Source of the DNA: Eledone cirrhosa
Lineage: Eukaryota
Length of the DNA: 64,000 bases
Assembly: GCA_964016885.1 (NCBI GenBank)
Contig: OZ024742.1
Coordinates: 168,516,001-168,580,000, forward strand
Direction: 5' to 3'
A program made the position numbers and the translations under genes. A model generated the notes under the pieces. The model saw nothing but the letters and a program-made list of their open reading frames with translations, was not told where the DNA came from and ran no database searches. Position 1 is the first letter of the stretch, and each line of letters starts with the position of its first letter. Positions 1-12,602 of this stretch are shown here, in pieces.

Positions 1-19
1 AATATCCATTAAAAAAAAA

Positions 20-60
20 TTCAATCAAAAACCCATAAAAGAAACATTAAAACAGCATTT
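20..60 (+). repeat. Landmark block of four diverged monomers (first of roughly 100 copies)
   Basis: TTCAATCAAAAACCCATAAAAGAAACATTAAAACAGCATTT recurs almost invariantly, e.g. at ~188, 1044, 1366, 2640, 5841, 9919, 13463, 23206, 40730, 52815 and 63868. It decomposes into TCAATC-A5 / CCCAT-A4-G / AAACATT-A4 / CAGCATTT. Confidence 0.93.
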
Positions 61-1792
61 AAAAAACCCATTAAAAATTCATTTAAAAAATCCATTTAAA
101 AAATCCATTAAAAATCCATTAAAAATCCATTAAAAATACATTAAAAATCCATTAAAAATCCATTAAAAATAATCCATTAAAAAAAAATTCAATCAAAAAC
201 CCATAAAAGAAACATTAAAACAGCATTTAAAAAATCCATTAAAAAAATCCATTTAAAAAAATCCATTAAAAAAGCCATTAAAAATCCATTAAAAATCCAT
301 TAAAAAAATCCATTAAAAAAAAATCCATTAAAAAAAATCCATTAAAAATCCATTAAAAAAATCCATTTAAAAAAATCCATTAAAAATCCATTAAAAACCC
401 ATTAAAAATCCATTAAAAATCCATTAAAAATCCATTAAAAAATCCATTTAAAAAACCCATTAAAAAAATCCATTAAAAAATCCATTTAAAAATCCAGTAA
501 AAAAAATCCATTTAAAAAAACCCATTAAAAAAAATCCATTAAAAAAATCCATTTAAAAAATCCATAAAAAAAAATCCATAAAAAAAATCCATTAAAAAAA
601 ATCCATTAAAAAAAAAATCCGTTAAAAAAAATCCATTAAAAATCCATTAAAAATCCATTAAAAATCCATTAAAAATCCATTAAAAATCCATTTAAAAAAA
701 TCCATTAAAAAAATCCATTAAAAAAATCCATTTAAAAAATCCATTAAAAAAAATCCATTAAAAAAAAATCCATTAAAAAAAATCCATTAAAAAAAATCAA
801 TTTAAAAAAATCCATTAAAAATCCATTAAAAAAATCCATTTAAAAAAATCCATTAAAAACCCATTAAAAATCCATTAAAAATCCATTAAAAAATCCATTT
901 AAAAAAACCATTAAAAAAAATCCATTAAAAAAATCCATTTAAAAAATCCATTAAAAAAAAATCCATTAAAAAAAACCCATAAAAAAAAATCCATTAAAAA
1001 AATCCATTTAAAAAATCCATTAAAAAAAATCCATTAAAAAAAACTCAATCAAAAACCCATAAAAGAAACATTAAAACAGCATTTAAAAAATCCATTAAAA
1101 ATCCATTAAAAAAATCCATTTAAAAAATCCATTAAAAAATCCATTAAAAATCCATTAAAAATCCATTAAAAAATCCATTTAAAAAAATCCATTGAAAAAA
1201 TCCATTTAAAAAATCCATTAAAAAATCCATTTAAAAAATCCATTAAAAAAAATCCATTAAAAAAAACCATTAAAAAATCCATTAAAAAAAATCCCATTAA
1301 AAATACATTAAAGGCCCATTAAAAACGCCATAAAAAATCCATTAAAAAAATCCATTAAAAAAAAACTCAATCAAAAACCCATAAAAGAAACATTAAAACA
1401 GCATTTAAAAAATCCATTAAAAAAATCCATTTAAAAAAATCCATTAAAAAATCCATTAATAATCCATTAAAAATCCATTAAAAATCCATTAAAAATCCAT
1501 TAAAAAATCCATTAAAAATCCATTAAAAATCCATTAAAAATCCATTAAAAAATCCATTTAAAAAAATCCATTAAAAAAATCCATTAAAAAATCCATTTAA
1601 AAAATCCATTTAAAAAAATCCATTAAAAAAAATCCATTAAAAAAAAATCCATTAAAAAAAATCCATTAAAAAAAAAATCCGTTAAAAAAAATCCATTAAA
1701 AACTCAATCAAACACCCAATTAAAAGGCCATAAAAGAAACATTAAAACAGCATTTAAAATACCATTAAAAACGCCATAAAAAATCATTAAAA

Positions 1793-1849
1793 TTGTTTTT
1801 TATGAAATTTATAATATGGCTTTTAATGAACTTTTTAATGGGCTTTTAG
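1793..1849 (-). repeat. 57-bp inverted satellite island, C haplotype (copy 1)
   Basis: TTGTTTTTTATGAAATTTATAATATGGCTTTTAATGAACTTTTTAATGGGCTTTTAG. Its reverse complement reads as degenerate CCATT(A)n monomers. Confidence 0.92.
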
Positions 1850-2529
1850 AATCATTAAAATCCCATTAAAAATACATTAAAGGCCATAAAAAATCCATTA
1901 AAAAAAATCCATTAAAAAAAAATTCAATCAAAAACCCATAAAAGAAACATTAAAACAGCATTTAAAAAACCCATTAAAAATTCATTAAAAAAATCCATTT
2001 AAAAAATCCATTAAAAATCCATTAAAAATCCATTAAAAATCCATTAAAAATCCATTAAAAATAATCCATTAAAAAAAAATTCAATCAAAAACCCATAAAA
2101 GAAACATTAAAACAGCATTTAAAAAATCCATTAAAAAAAATCCATTTAAAAAAATCCATTAAAAAAGCCATTAAAAATCCATTAAAAATCCATTAAAAAA
2201 AAATCCATTAAAAAAATCCATTAAAAATCCATTAAAAAAATCCATTTAAAAAAATCCATTAAAAAATCCATTAAAAATCCATTAAAAATCCATTAAAAAA
2301 TCCATTTAAAAAACCCATTAAAAAAATCCATTTAAAAAATCCATTTAAAAAATCCATTAAAAAAAATCCATTTAAAAAAACCCATTAAAAAAAATCCATT
2401 AAGAAAATCCATTTAAAAAATCCATTAAAAAAAATCCATTAAAAAAAATCCATTAAAAAAAATCCATTAAAAAAAAATCCGTTAAAAAAAATCCATTAAA
2501 AAAAAATCCGTTAAAAAAATCCATTAAAA

Positions 2530-3900
2530 GCTCAATCCCATTAAAAACGCCATAAAAATCATTAAAATCCAATTAAAGATACATTAAAGGCCCATTAAAA
2601 ACGCCATAAAAAATCCATTAAAAAAATCCATTAAAAAAACTCAATCAAAAACCCATAAAAGAAACATTAAAACAGCATTTAAAAAATCCATTAAAAATCC
2701 ATTAAAAAAATCCATTTAATAAAATCCATTAAAAAATCCATTAAAAATCCATTAAAAATCCATTAAAAATCCATTAAAAATCCATTAAAAATCCATTAAA
2801 AAACCCATTTAAAAAAATCCATTAAAAAAATCCATGAAAAAAATCCATTAAAAAAAGCCATTAAAAAAATCCATTTAAAAAAAGCCATTAAAAAAATCCA
2901 TTAAAAAAAAATCCATTAAAAATCCATTAAAAAAATCCATTTAAAAAAATCCATTAAAAACCCATTAAAAATCCATTAAAAAATCCATTAAAAAACCCAT
3001 TAAAAAAAATCCATTAGAAAAATCCATTTAAAAAATCCATTAAAAAAAAATCCATTTAAAAAACCCATTAAAAAAAATCCATTAAAAAAATCCATTTAAA
3101 AAATCCATTAAAAAAATCCATTAAAAAAATCCATTTAAAAAATCCATAAAAAAAACCCATTAAAAAAAATCCATTAAAAAAAAATCCATTAAAAAAAATC
3201 CATTAAAAAAAATCCATTAAAAATCCATTAAAAAAAATCCATTTAAAAAAAATTCATTAAAAAATCCATTAAAAATCCATTAAAAATCCATTTAAAAAAA
3301 TCCATTTAAAAAATCCATTTAAAAAACCCATTACAAAAAATACATTAAAAAAAATCCATAAAAAAAAAAGCCATTAAAAAAAATCCATTAAAAAAAATCT
3401 ATTAAAAATCCATTAAAAATCCATTAAAAATCCATTAAAAATCCATTAAAAATCCATTAAAAATCCATTAAAAAGCCATTAAAAATCCATTAAAATCCAT
3501 TAAAAATCCATTAAAAATCCATTAAAAATCCATTAAAAATCCATTAAAAAATCCATTTAAAAAAATCCATTAAAAAATCCATTAAAAAATCCATTTAAAA
3601 AATCCATTAAAAAAATCCATTAAAAAAAAATCCATTAAAAAAAAAATCCATTAAAAAAAATCAATTTAAAAAAATCCATTAAAAATACATTAAAAAAATC
3701 CATTTAAAAAAATCCATTAAAAACCCATTAAAAACCCATTAAAAATCCATTAAAAATCCATTTAAAAAACCCATTAAAAAAAATCCATTAAAAAAAATCC
3801 ATTTAAAAAATCCATTAAAAAAAATCCATTAAAAAAACCCATTAAAAAAATCCATTAAAAAATCCATTTAAAAAATCCATTAAAAAAAATTCATTAAAAA
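2530..3900 (+). repeat. First of 16 marker-ordered higher-order blocks (GATAC ... TTAC ... TCTATT block)
   Basis: Fixed order of rare variants: AAAGATACATT, landmark, TTTAATAAAA, GCCATT, TTAGAAA, TTCATT, TTACAAAAAA, TCTATT, usually followed by TCAATTT. The TTAC marker occurs at ~3331, 7780, 11277, 16487, 19606, 24705, 27266, 32558, 34290, 39566, 42684, 46457, 49003, 54311, 56043 and 60925. The end coordinate is approximate. Confidence 0.85.
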
Positions 3901-4653
3901 AAAATCCATAAAAAAATCCATTAAAAAAATCCATTTAAAAAAATCCATTAAAAAAAATCCATTAAAAATCCATTAAAAAAATCCATTAAAAAAAATCCAT
4001 TAAAAAATCCATTAAAAAACCCATTAAAAATCCATTAAAAATCCATTAAAAATCCATTTAAAAAACCCATTAAAAAAATCCATTTAAAAAACCCATTAAA
4101 AAAAGCCATTAAAAAATCCATTTAAAAAATCCATTAAAAAAAATCCATTTAAAACAACCCATTAAAAAAAATCCATTAAAAAAAACCCATTAAAAAAAAT
4201 CCATTAAAAAAATCCATTTAAAAAATCCATTAAAAAAAATCCATTAAAAAAAATCCATAAAAAAATCCATTAAAAAAATCCATTAAAAATCCATTAAAAA
4301 AAATCCATTTAAAAAAGCCATTAAAAAATCCATTAAAAATCCATTAAAAATCCATTTAAAAAACCCATTAAAAAATCCATTAAAAAAATCCATTTAAAAA
4401 ATCCATTAAAAAAAATCCATTTAAAAAAACCCATTTAAAAAAATCCATTAAAAAAATCCATTTAAAAAATCCATTAAAAAAAATCCATTAAAAAAATCCA
4501 TAAAAAAAATCCATTAAAAAAAATCCATTAAAAAAAAATCCGTTAAAAAAAATCCATTAAAAACTCAATCAAAAACCCAATTAAAAGGCCATAAAAGAAA
4601 CATTAAAACAGCATTTAAAATACCATTAAAAACGCCATAAAAAATCATTAAAA

Positions 4654-4710
4654 TTGTTTTTTATGAAATTTATAATATGGCTTTTAATGAATTTTTTAAT
4701 GGGCTTTTAG
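4654..4710 (-). repeat. 57-bp inverted island, T haplotype (copy 2)
   Basis: Same island with GAATTTTTT instead of GAACTTTTT. Confidence 0.92.
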
Positions 4711-6416
4711 AATCATTAAAATCCCATTAAAAATACATTAAAGGCCCATTAAAAACGCCATAAAAAATCCATTAAAAAAATCCATTAAAAAAAAACTCAA
4801 TCAAAAACACATAAAAGAAACATTAAAACAGCATTTAAAAAATCCATTAAAAATCCATTAAAAAAAAATCCATTAAAAAAATCCATTAAAAATCCATTAA
4901 AAAAATCCATTTAAAAAAATCCATTAAAAAATCCATTAAAAACCCATTAAAAATCCATTAAAAATCCATTAAAAATCCATTAAAAAATCCATTTAAAAAA
5001 CCCATTAAAAAAATCCATTAAAAAATCCATTTAAAAATCCATTAAAAAAAATCCATTTAAAAAAACCCATTAAAAAAAATCCATTAAAAAAATCCATTTA
5101 AAAAATCCATAAAAAAAAATCCATTAAAAAAATCCATTTAAAAAATCCATTAAAAAAAATCCATTAAAAAAACCCATTAAAAAAATCCATTAAAAAAATC
5201 CATTAAAAAATCCATTAAAAAAAATTCATTAAAAAAACCCATTAAAAAAATCCATAAAAAAATCCATTAAAAAAATCCATTTAAAAAAATCCATTAAAAA
5301 AAATCCATTAAAAATCCATTAAAAAAATCCATTAAAAAAAATCCATTAAAAAATCCATTAAAAAACCCATTAAAAATCCATTAAAAATCCATTAAAAATC
5401 CATTAAAAATCCATTTAAAAAACCCATTAAAAAAATCCATTTAAAAAACCCATTAAAAAAAGCCATTAAAAAATCCATTTAAAAAATCCATTAAAAAAAA
5501 TCCATTTAAAACAACCCATTAAAAAAAATCCATTAAAAAAACCCATTAAAAAAAATCCATTAAAAAAATCCATTTAAAAAATCCATTAAAAAAAATCCAT
5601 TAAAAAAAATCCATAAAAAAATCCATTAAAAAAATCCATTAAAAATCCATTAAAAAAAATCCATTTAAAAAAGCCATTAAAAAATCCATTAAAAATCCAT
5701 TAAAAATCCATTAAAAAATCCATTTAAAAAAACCATTAAAAAAAATCCATTAAAAAAATCCATTTAAAAAATCCATTAAAAAAAAATCCATTAAAAAAAT
5801 CCATTTAAAAAATCCATTAAAAAAAATCCATTAAAAAAAACTCAATCAAAAACCCATAAAAGAAACATTAAAACAGCATTTAAAAAATCCATTAAAAATC
5901 CATTAAAAGAATCCATTTAAAAAATCCATTAAAAAATCCATTAAAAATCCATTAAAAATCCATTAAAAAATCCATTTAAAAAAATCCATTAAAAAAATCC
6001 TTTAAAAAATCCATTAAAAAATCCATTTAAAAAATCCATTAAAAAAAATCCATTAAAAAAAACCATTAAAAAATCCATTAAAAAAAATCCCATTAAAAAT
6101 ACATTAAAAATCCATTAAAAATCCATTAAAAAATCCATTAAAAATCCATTAAAAATCCATTAAAAATCCATTAAAAAATCCATTAAAAAAAATCCATTAA
6201 AAAAATCCATTAAAAAATCCATTTAAAAAATCCATTTAAAAAAATCCATTAAAAAAAATCCATTAAAAAAAATCCATTAAAAAAAATCCATTAAAAAAAA
6301 ATCCGTTAAAAAAAATCCATTAAAAACTCAATCAAACACCCAATTAAAAGGCCATAAAAGAAACATTAAAACAGCATTTAAAATACCATTAAAAACGCCA
6401 TAAAAAATCATTAAAA

Positions 6417-6473
6417 TTGTTTTTTATGAAATTTATAATATGGCTTTTAATGAACTTTTTAATGGGCTTTTAG
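6417..6473 (-). repeat. 57-bp inverted island, C haplotype (copy 3)
   Basis: Matches copy 1. Confidence 0.92.
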
Positions 6474-9400
6474 AATCATTAAAATCCCATTAAAAATACA
6501 TTAAAGGCCCATTAAAAACGCCATAAAAAATCCATTAAAAAAAATCCATTAAAAAAAAATTCAATCAAAAACCCATAAAAGAAACATTAAAACAGCATTT
6601 AAAAAACCCATTAAAAATTCATTAAAAAAATCCATTTAAAAAATCCATTAAAAATCCATTAAAAATCCATTAAAAATCCATTAAAAAAATCCATTTAAAA
6701 AAATCCATTAAAAAATCCATTAAAAATCCATTAAAAATCCATTAAAAAATCCATTTAAAAAACCCATTAAAAAAATCCATTTAAAAAATCAATTTAAAAA
6801 ATCCATTAAAAAAAATCCATTTAAAAAAACCCATTAAAAAAAATCCATTAAGAAAATCCATTTAAAAAATCCATTAAAAAAAATCCATTAAAAAAAATCC
6901 ATAAAAAAAAATCCATTAAAAAAAATCCATTAAAAAAAAATCCGTTAAAAAAAATCCATTAAAAAAAAATCCGTTCAAAAAATCCATTAAAAGCTCAATC
7001 CCATTAAAAACGCCATAAAAATCATTAAAATCCAATTAAAGATACATTAAAGGCCCATTAAAAACGCCATAAAAAATCCATTAAAAGAATCCATTAAAAA
7101 AACTCAATCAAAAACCCATAAAAGAAACATTAAAACAGCATTTAAAAAATCCATTAAAAATCCATTAAAAAAATCCATTTAATAAAATCCATTAAAAAAT
7201 CCATTAAAAATCCATTAAAAATCCATTAAAAATCCATTAAAAATCCATTAAAAATCCATTAAAAAATCCATTAAAAAAATCCATTAAAAAAATCCATTAA
7301 AAAAAGCCATTAAAAAAATCCATTTAAAAAAAGCCATTAAAAAAATCCATTAAAAAAAAATCCATTAAAAATCCATTAAAAAAATCCATTTAAAAAAATC
7401 CATTAAAAACCCATTAAAAATCCATTAAAAAATCCATTAAAAAACCCATTAAAAAAAATCCATTAGAAATATCCATTTAAAAAATCCATTAAAAAAAAAT
7501 CCATTTAAAAAACCCATTAAAAAAAATCCATTTAAAAAATCCATTTAAAAAATCCATTTAAAAAATCCATTAAAAAAATCCATTTAAAAAATCCATAAAA
7601 AAAAACCATTAAAAAAAATCCATTAAAAAAAAATCCATTAAAAAAAATCCATTAAAAAAAATCCATTAAAAATCCATTTAAAAAAATCCATTTAAAAAAA
7701 ATTCATTAAAAAATCCATTAAAAATCCATTAAAAATCCATTTAAAAAAATCCATTTAAAAAATCCATTTAAAAAACCCATTACAAAAAATACATTAAAAA
7801 AAATCCATAAAAAAAAAAGCCATTAAAAAAAATCCATTAAAAAAAATCTATTAAAAATCCATTAAAAATCCATTAAAAATCCATTAAAAATCCATTAAAA
7901 ATCCATTAAAAATCCATTAAAAAGCCATTAAAAATCCATTAAAATCCATTAAAAATCCATTAAAAATCCATTAAAAATCCATTAAAAAATCCATTTAAAA
8001 AAATCCATTAAAAAATCCATTAAAAAATCCATTTAAAAATCCATTAAAAAAATCCATAAAAAAAAAATCCATTAAAAAAAAAATCCATTAAAAAAAATCA
8101 ATTTAAAAAAATCCATTAAAAATCCATTAAAAAAATCCATTTAAAAAAATCCATTAAAAACCCATTAAAAACCCATTAAAAATCCATTAAAAATCCATTT
8201 AAAAAACCCATTAAAAAAAATCCATTAAAAAAAATCCATTTAAAAAATCCATTTAAAAAAATCCATTAAAAAAACCCATTAAAAAAATCCATTAAAAAAA
8301 TCCATTTAAAAAATCCATTAAAAAAAATTCATTAAAAAAAAATCCATAAAAAAATCCATTAAAAAAATCCATTTAAAAAAATCCATTAAAAAAAATCCAT
8401 TAAAAATCCATTAAAAAAATCCATTAAAAAAAATCCATTAAAAAATCCATTAAAAAACCCATTAAAAATCCATTAAAAATCCATTAAAAATCCATTAAAA
8501 ATCCATTTAAAAAACCCATTAAAAAAATCCATTTAAAAAACCCATTAAAAAAAGCCATTAAAAAATCCATTTAAAAAATCCATTAAAAAAAATCCATTTA
8601 AAACAACCCATTAAAAAAATCCATTAAAAAAAAACCCATTAAAAAAAATCCATTAAAAAAATCCATTTAAAAAATCCATTAAAAAAAATCCATTAAAAAA
8701 AATCCATAAAAAAATCCATTAAAAAAATCCATTAAAAATCCATTAAAAAAAATCCATTTAAAAAAGCCATTAAAAAATCCATTAAAAATCCATTAAAAAT
8801 CCATTTAAAAAACCCATTAAAAAAAATCCATTAAAAAAATCCATTTAAAAAATCCATAAAAAAAAATCCATAAAAAAAATCCATTAAAAAAAATCCATTA
8901 AAAAAAAATTCAATCAAAAACCCATAAAAGAAACATTAAAACAGCATTTAAAAAACCCATTAAAAATTCATTAAAAAAATCCATTTAAAAAATCCATTAA
9001 AAATCCATTAAAAATCCATTAAAAATCCATTAAAAATCCATTAAAAATCCATTAAAAATAATCCATTAAAAAAAAATTCAATCAAAAACCCATAAAAGAA
9101 ACATTAAAACAGCATTTAAAAAATCCATTAAAAAAATCCATTTAAAAAAATCCATTAAAAAAGCCATTAAAAATCCATTAAAAATCCATTAAAAAAATCC
9201 ATTTAAAAAAAATCCATTAAAAAAAATCCATTAAAAATCCATTAAAAAAATCCATTTAAAAAAATCCATTAAAAATCCATTAAAAACCCATTAAAAATCC
9301 ATTAAAAATCCATTAAAAATCCATTAAAAAATCCATTTAAAAAACCCATTAAAAAAATCCATTAAAAAATCCATTTAAAAATCCAGTAAAAAAAATCCAT

Positions 9401-12400
9401 TTAAAAAAACCCATTAAAAAAAATCCATTAAAAAAATCCATTTAAAAAATCCATAAAAAAAATCCATTAAAAAAAATCCATTAAAAAAAAAATCCGTTAA
9501 AAAAAATCCATTAAAAATCCATTAAAAATCCATTAAAAATCCATTAAAAATCCATTAAAAATCCATTTAAAAAAATCCATTAAAAAAATCCATTAAAAAA
9601 ATCCATTTAAAAAATCCATTAAAAAAAATCCATTAAAAAAAAATCCATTAAAAAAAATCCATTAAAAAAAATCAATTTAAAAAAATCCATTAAAAATCCA
9701 TTAAAAAAATCCATTTAAAAAAATCCATTAAAAACCCATTAAAAATCCATTAAAAATCCATTAAAAAATCCATTTAAAAAAACCATTAAAAAAAATCCAT
9801 TAAAAAAATCCATTTAAAAAATCCATTAAAAAAAAATCCATTAAAAAAAACCCATTAAAAAAAATCCATTAAAAAAATCCATTTAAAAAATCCATTAAAA
9901 AAAATCCATTAAAAAAAACTCAATCAAAAACCCATAAAAGAAACATTAAAACAGCATTTAAAAAATCCATTAAAAATCCATTTAAAAAAATCCATTAAAA
10001 AAATCCATTTAAAAAATCCATTAAAAAATCCATTTAAAAAATCCATTAAAAAAAATCCATTAAAAAAAACCATTAAAAAATCCATTAAAAAAAATCCCAT
10101 TAAAAATACATTAAAGGCCCATTAAAAACGCCATAAAAAATCCATTAAAAAAATCCATTAAAAAAAAACTCAATCAAAAACCCATAAAAGAAACATTAAA
10201 ACAGCATTTAAAAAATCCATTAAAAAAATCCATTAAAAAAAATCCATTAAAAAATCCATTAAAAATCCATTAAAAATCCATTAAAAATCCATTAAAAATC
10301 CATTAAAAAATCCATTAAAAATCCATTAAAAATCCATTAAAAATCCATTAAAAAATCCATTTAAAAAAATCCATTAAAAAAATCCATTAAAAAATCCATT
10401 TAAAAAATCCATTTAAAAAAATCCATTAAAAAAAATCCATTAAAAAAAAATCCATTAAAAAAAATCCATTAAAAAAAAAATCCGTTAAAAAAAATCCATT
10501 AAAAACTCAATCAAACACCCAATTAAAAGGCCATAAAAGAAACATTAAAACAGCATTTAAAATACCATTAAAAACGCCATAAAAATCATTAAAATCCAAT
10601 TAAAGATACATTAAAGGCCCATTAAAAACGCCATAAAAAATCCATTAAAAATATCCATTAAAAAAACTCAATCAAAAACCCATAAAAGAAACATTAAAAC
10701 AGCATTTAAAAAATCCATTAAAAATCCATTAAAAAAATCCATTTAATAAAATCCATTAAAAATCCATTAAAAATCCATTAAAAATCCATTAAAAATCCAT
10801 TAAAAATCCATTAAAAATCCATTAAAAAACCCATTTAAAAAAATCCATTAAAAAAATCCATTAAAAAAATCCATTAAAAAAAGCCATTAAAAAAATCCAT
10901 TTAAAAAAAGCCATTAAAAAAATCCATTAAAAAAAAATCCATTAAAAATCCATTAAAAAAATCCATTTAAAAAAATCCATTAAAAACCCATTAAAAATCC
11001 ATTAAAAAATCCATTAAAAAACCCATTAAAAAAAATCCATTAGAAAAATCCATTTAAAAAATCCATTAAAAAAAATCCATTTAAAAAATCCATAAAAAAA
11101 AACCATTAAAAAAAATCCATTAAAAAAAAATCCATTAAAAAAAATCCATTAAAAAAAATCCATTAAAAATCCATTAAAAAAAATCCATTTAAAAAAAATT
11201 CATTAAAAAATCCATTAAAAATCCATTAAAAATCCATTTAAAAAAATCCATTTAAAAAATCCATTTAAAAAACCCATTACAAAAAATCCATTAAAAAAAA
11301 TCCATAAAAAAAAAAGCCATTAAAAAAAATCCATTAAAAAAAATCTATTAAAAATCCATTAAAAATCCATTAAAAATCCATTAAAAATCCATTAAAAATC
11401 CATTAAAAATCCATTAAAAATCCATTAAAAAATCCATTTAAAAAAATCCATTAAAAAATCCATTAAAAAATCCATTTAAAAAATCCATTAAAAAAATCCA
11501 TTAAAAAAAAATCCATTAAAAAAAAAATCCATTAAAAAAAATCAATTTAAAAAAATCCATTAAAAATCCATTAAAAAAATCCATTTAAAAAAATCCATTA
11601 AAAACCCATTAAAAACCCATTAAAAATCCATTAAAAATCCATTTAAAAAACCCATTAAAAAAAATCCATTAAAAAAAATCCATTTAAAAAATCCATTTAA
11701 AAAAATCCATTAAAAAAACCCATTAAAAAAATCCATTAAAAAAATCCATTTAAAAAATCCATTAAAAAAAATTCATTAAAAAAAAATCCATAAAAAAATC
11801 CATTAAAAAAATCCATTTAAAAAAATCCATTAAAAAAAATCCATTAAAAATCCATTAAAAAAATCCATTAAAAAAAATCCATTAAAAAATCCATTAAAAA
11901 ACCCATTAAAAATCCATTAAAAATCCATTAAAAATCCATTAAAAATCCATTTAAAAAACCCATTAAAAAAATCCATTTAAAAAACCCATTAAAAAAAGCC
12001 ATTAAAAAATCCATTTAAAAAATCCATTAAAAAAAATCCATTTAAAACAACCCATTAAAAAAATCCATTAAAAAAAACCCATTAAAAAAAATCCATTAAA
12101 AAAATCCATTTAAAAAATCCATTAAAAAAAATCCATTAAAAAAAATCCATAAAAAAATCCATTAAAAAAATCCATTAAAAATCCATTAAAAAAAATCCAT
12201 TTAAAAAAGCCATTAAAAAATCCATTAAAAATCCATTAAAAATCCATTTAAAAAACCCATTAAAAAATCCATTAAAAAAATCCATTTAAAAAATCCATTA
12301 AAAAAAATCCATTTAAAAAAACTCATTTAAAAAAATCCATTAAAAAAATCCATTTAAAAAATCCATTAAAAAAAATCCATTAAAAAAATCCATAAAAAAA

Positions 12401-12545
12401 ATCCATTAAAAAAAATCCATTAAAAAAAAATCCGTTAAAAAAAATCCATTAAAAACTCAATCAAAAACCCAATTAAAAGGCCATAAAAGAAACATTAAAA
12501 CAGCATTTAAAATACCATTAAAAACGCCATAAAAAATCATTAAAA

Positions 12546-12602
12546 TTGTTTTTTATGAAATTTATAATATGGCTTTTAATGAATTTTTTAATGGGCTTTT
12601 AG
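12546..12602 (-). repeat. 57-bp inverted island, T haplotype (copy 4)
   Basis: Matches copy 2. Confidence 0.92.

Noticed and set aside
1793-1849. Bacterial promoter (TTGTTT … TATAAT) or intrinsic terminator in the island
   Set aside because: The spacing between TTGTTT and TATAAT is only 11 bp, there is no downstream gene, and the stems lack GC. Such hexamers are expected by chance in AT-rich DNA.
1782-1861. Calling the island a MITE or SINE
   Set aside because: It has no terminal inverted repeats, Pol III boxes or tail. All 18 copies share essentially the same flanks, implying one event amplified passively with the array.
3409-3475. Minus-strand 11-mer reads ATG GAT TTT TAA with overlapping TAATG stop-start (chained M-D-F mini-ORFs)
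   Set aside because: This is an automatic consequence of the monomer sequence. There is no promoter, RBS or other evidence of translation.
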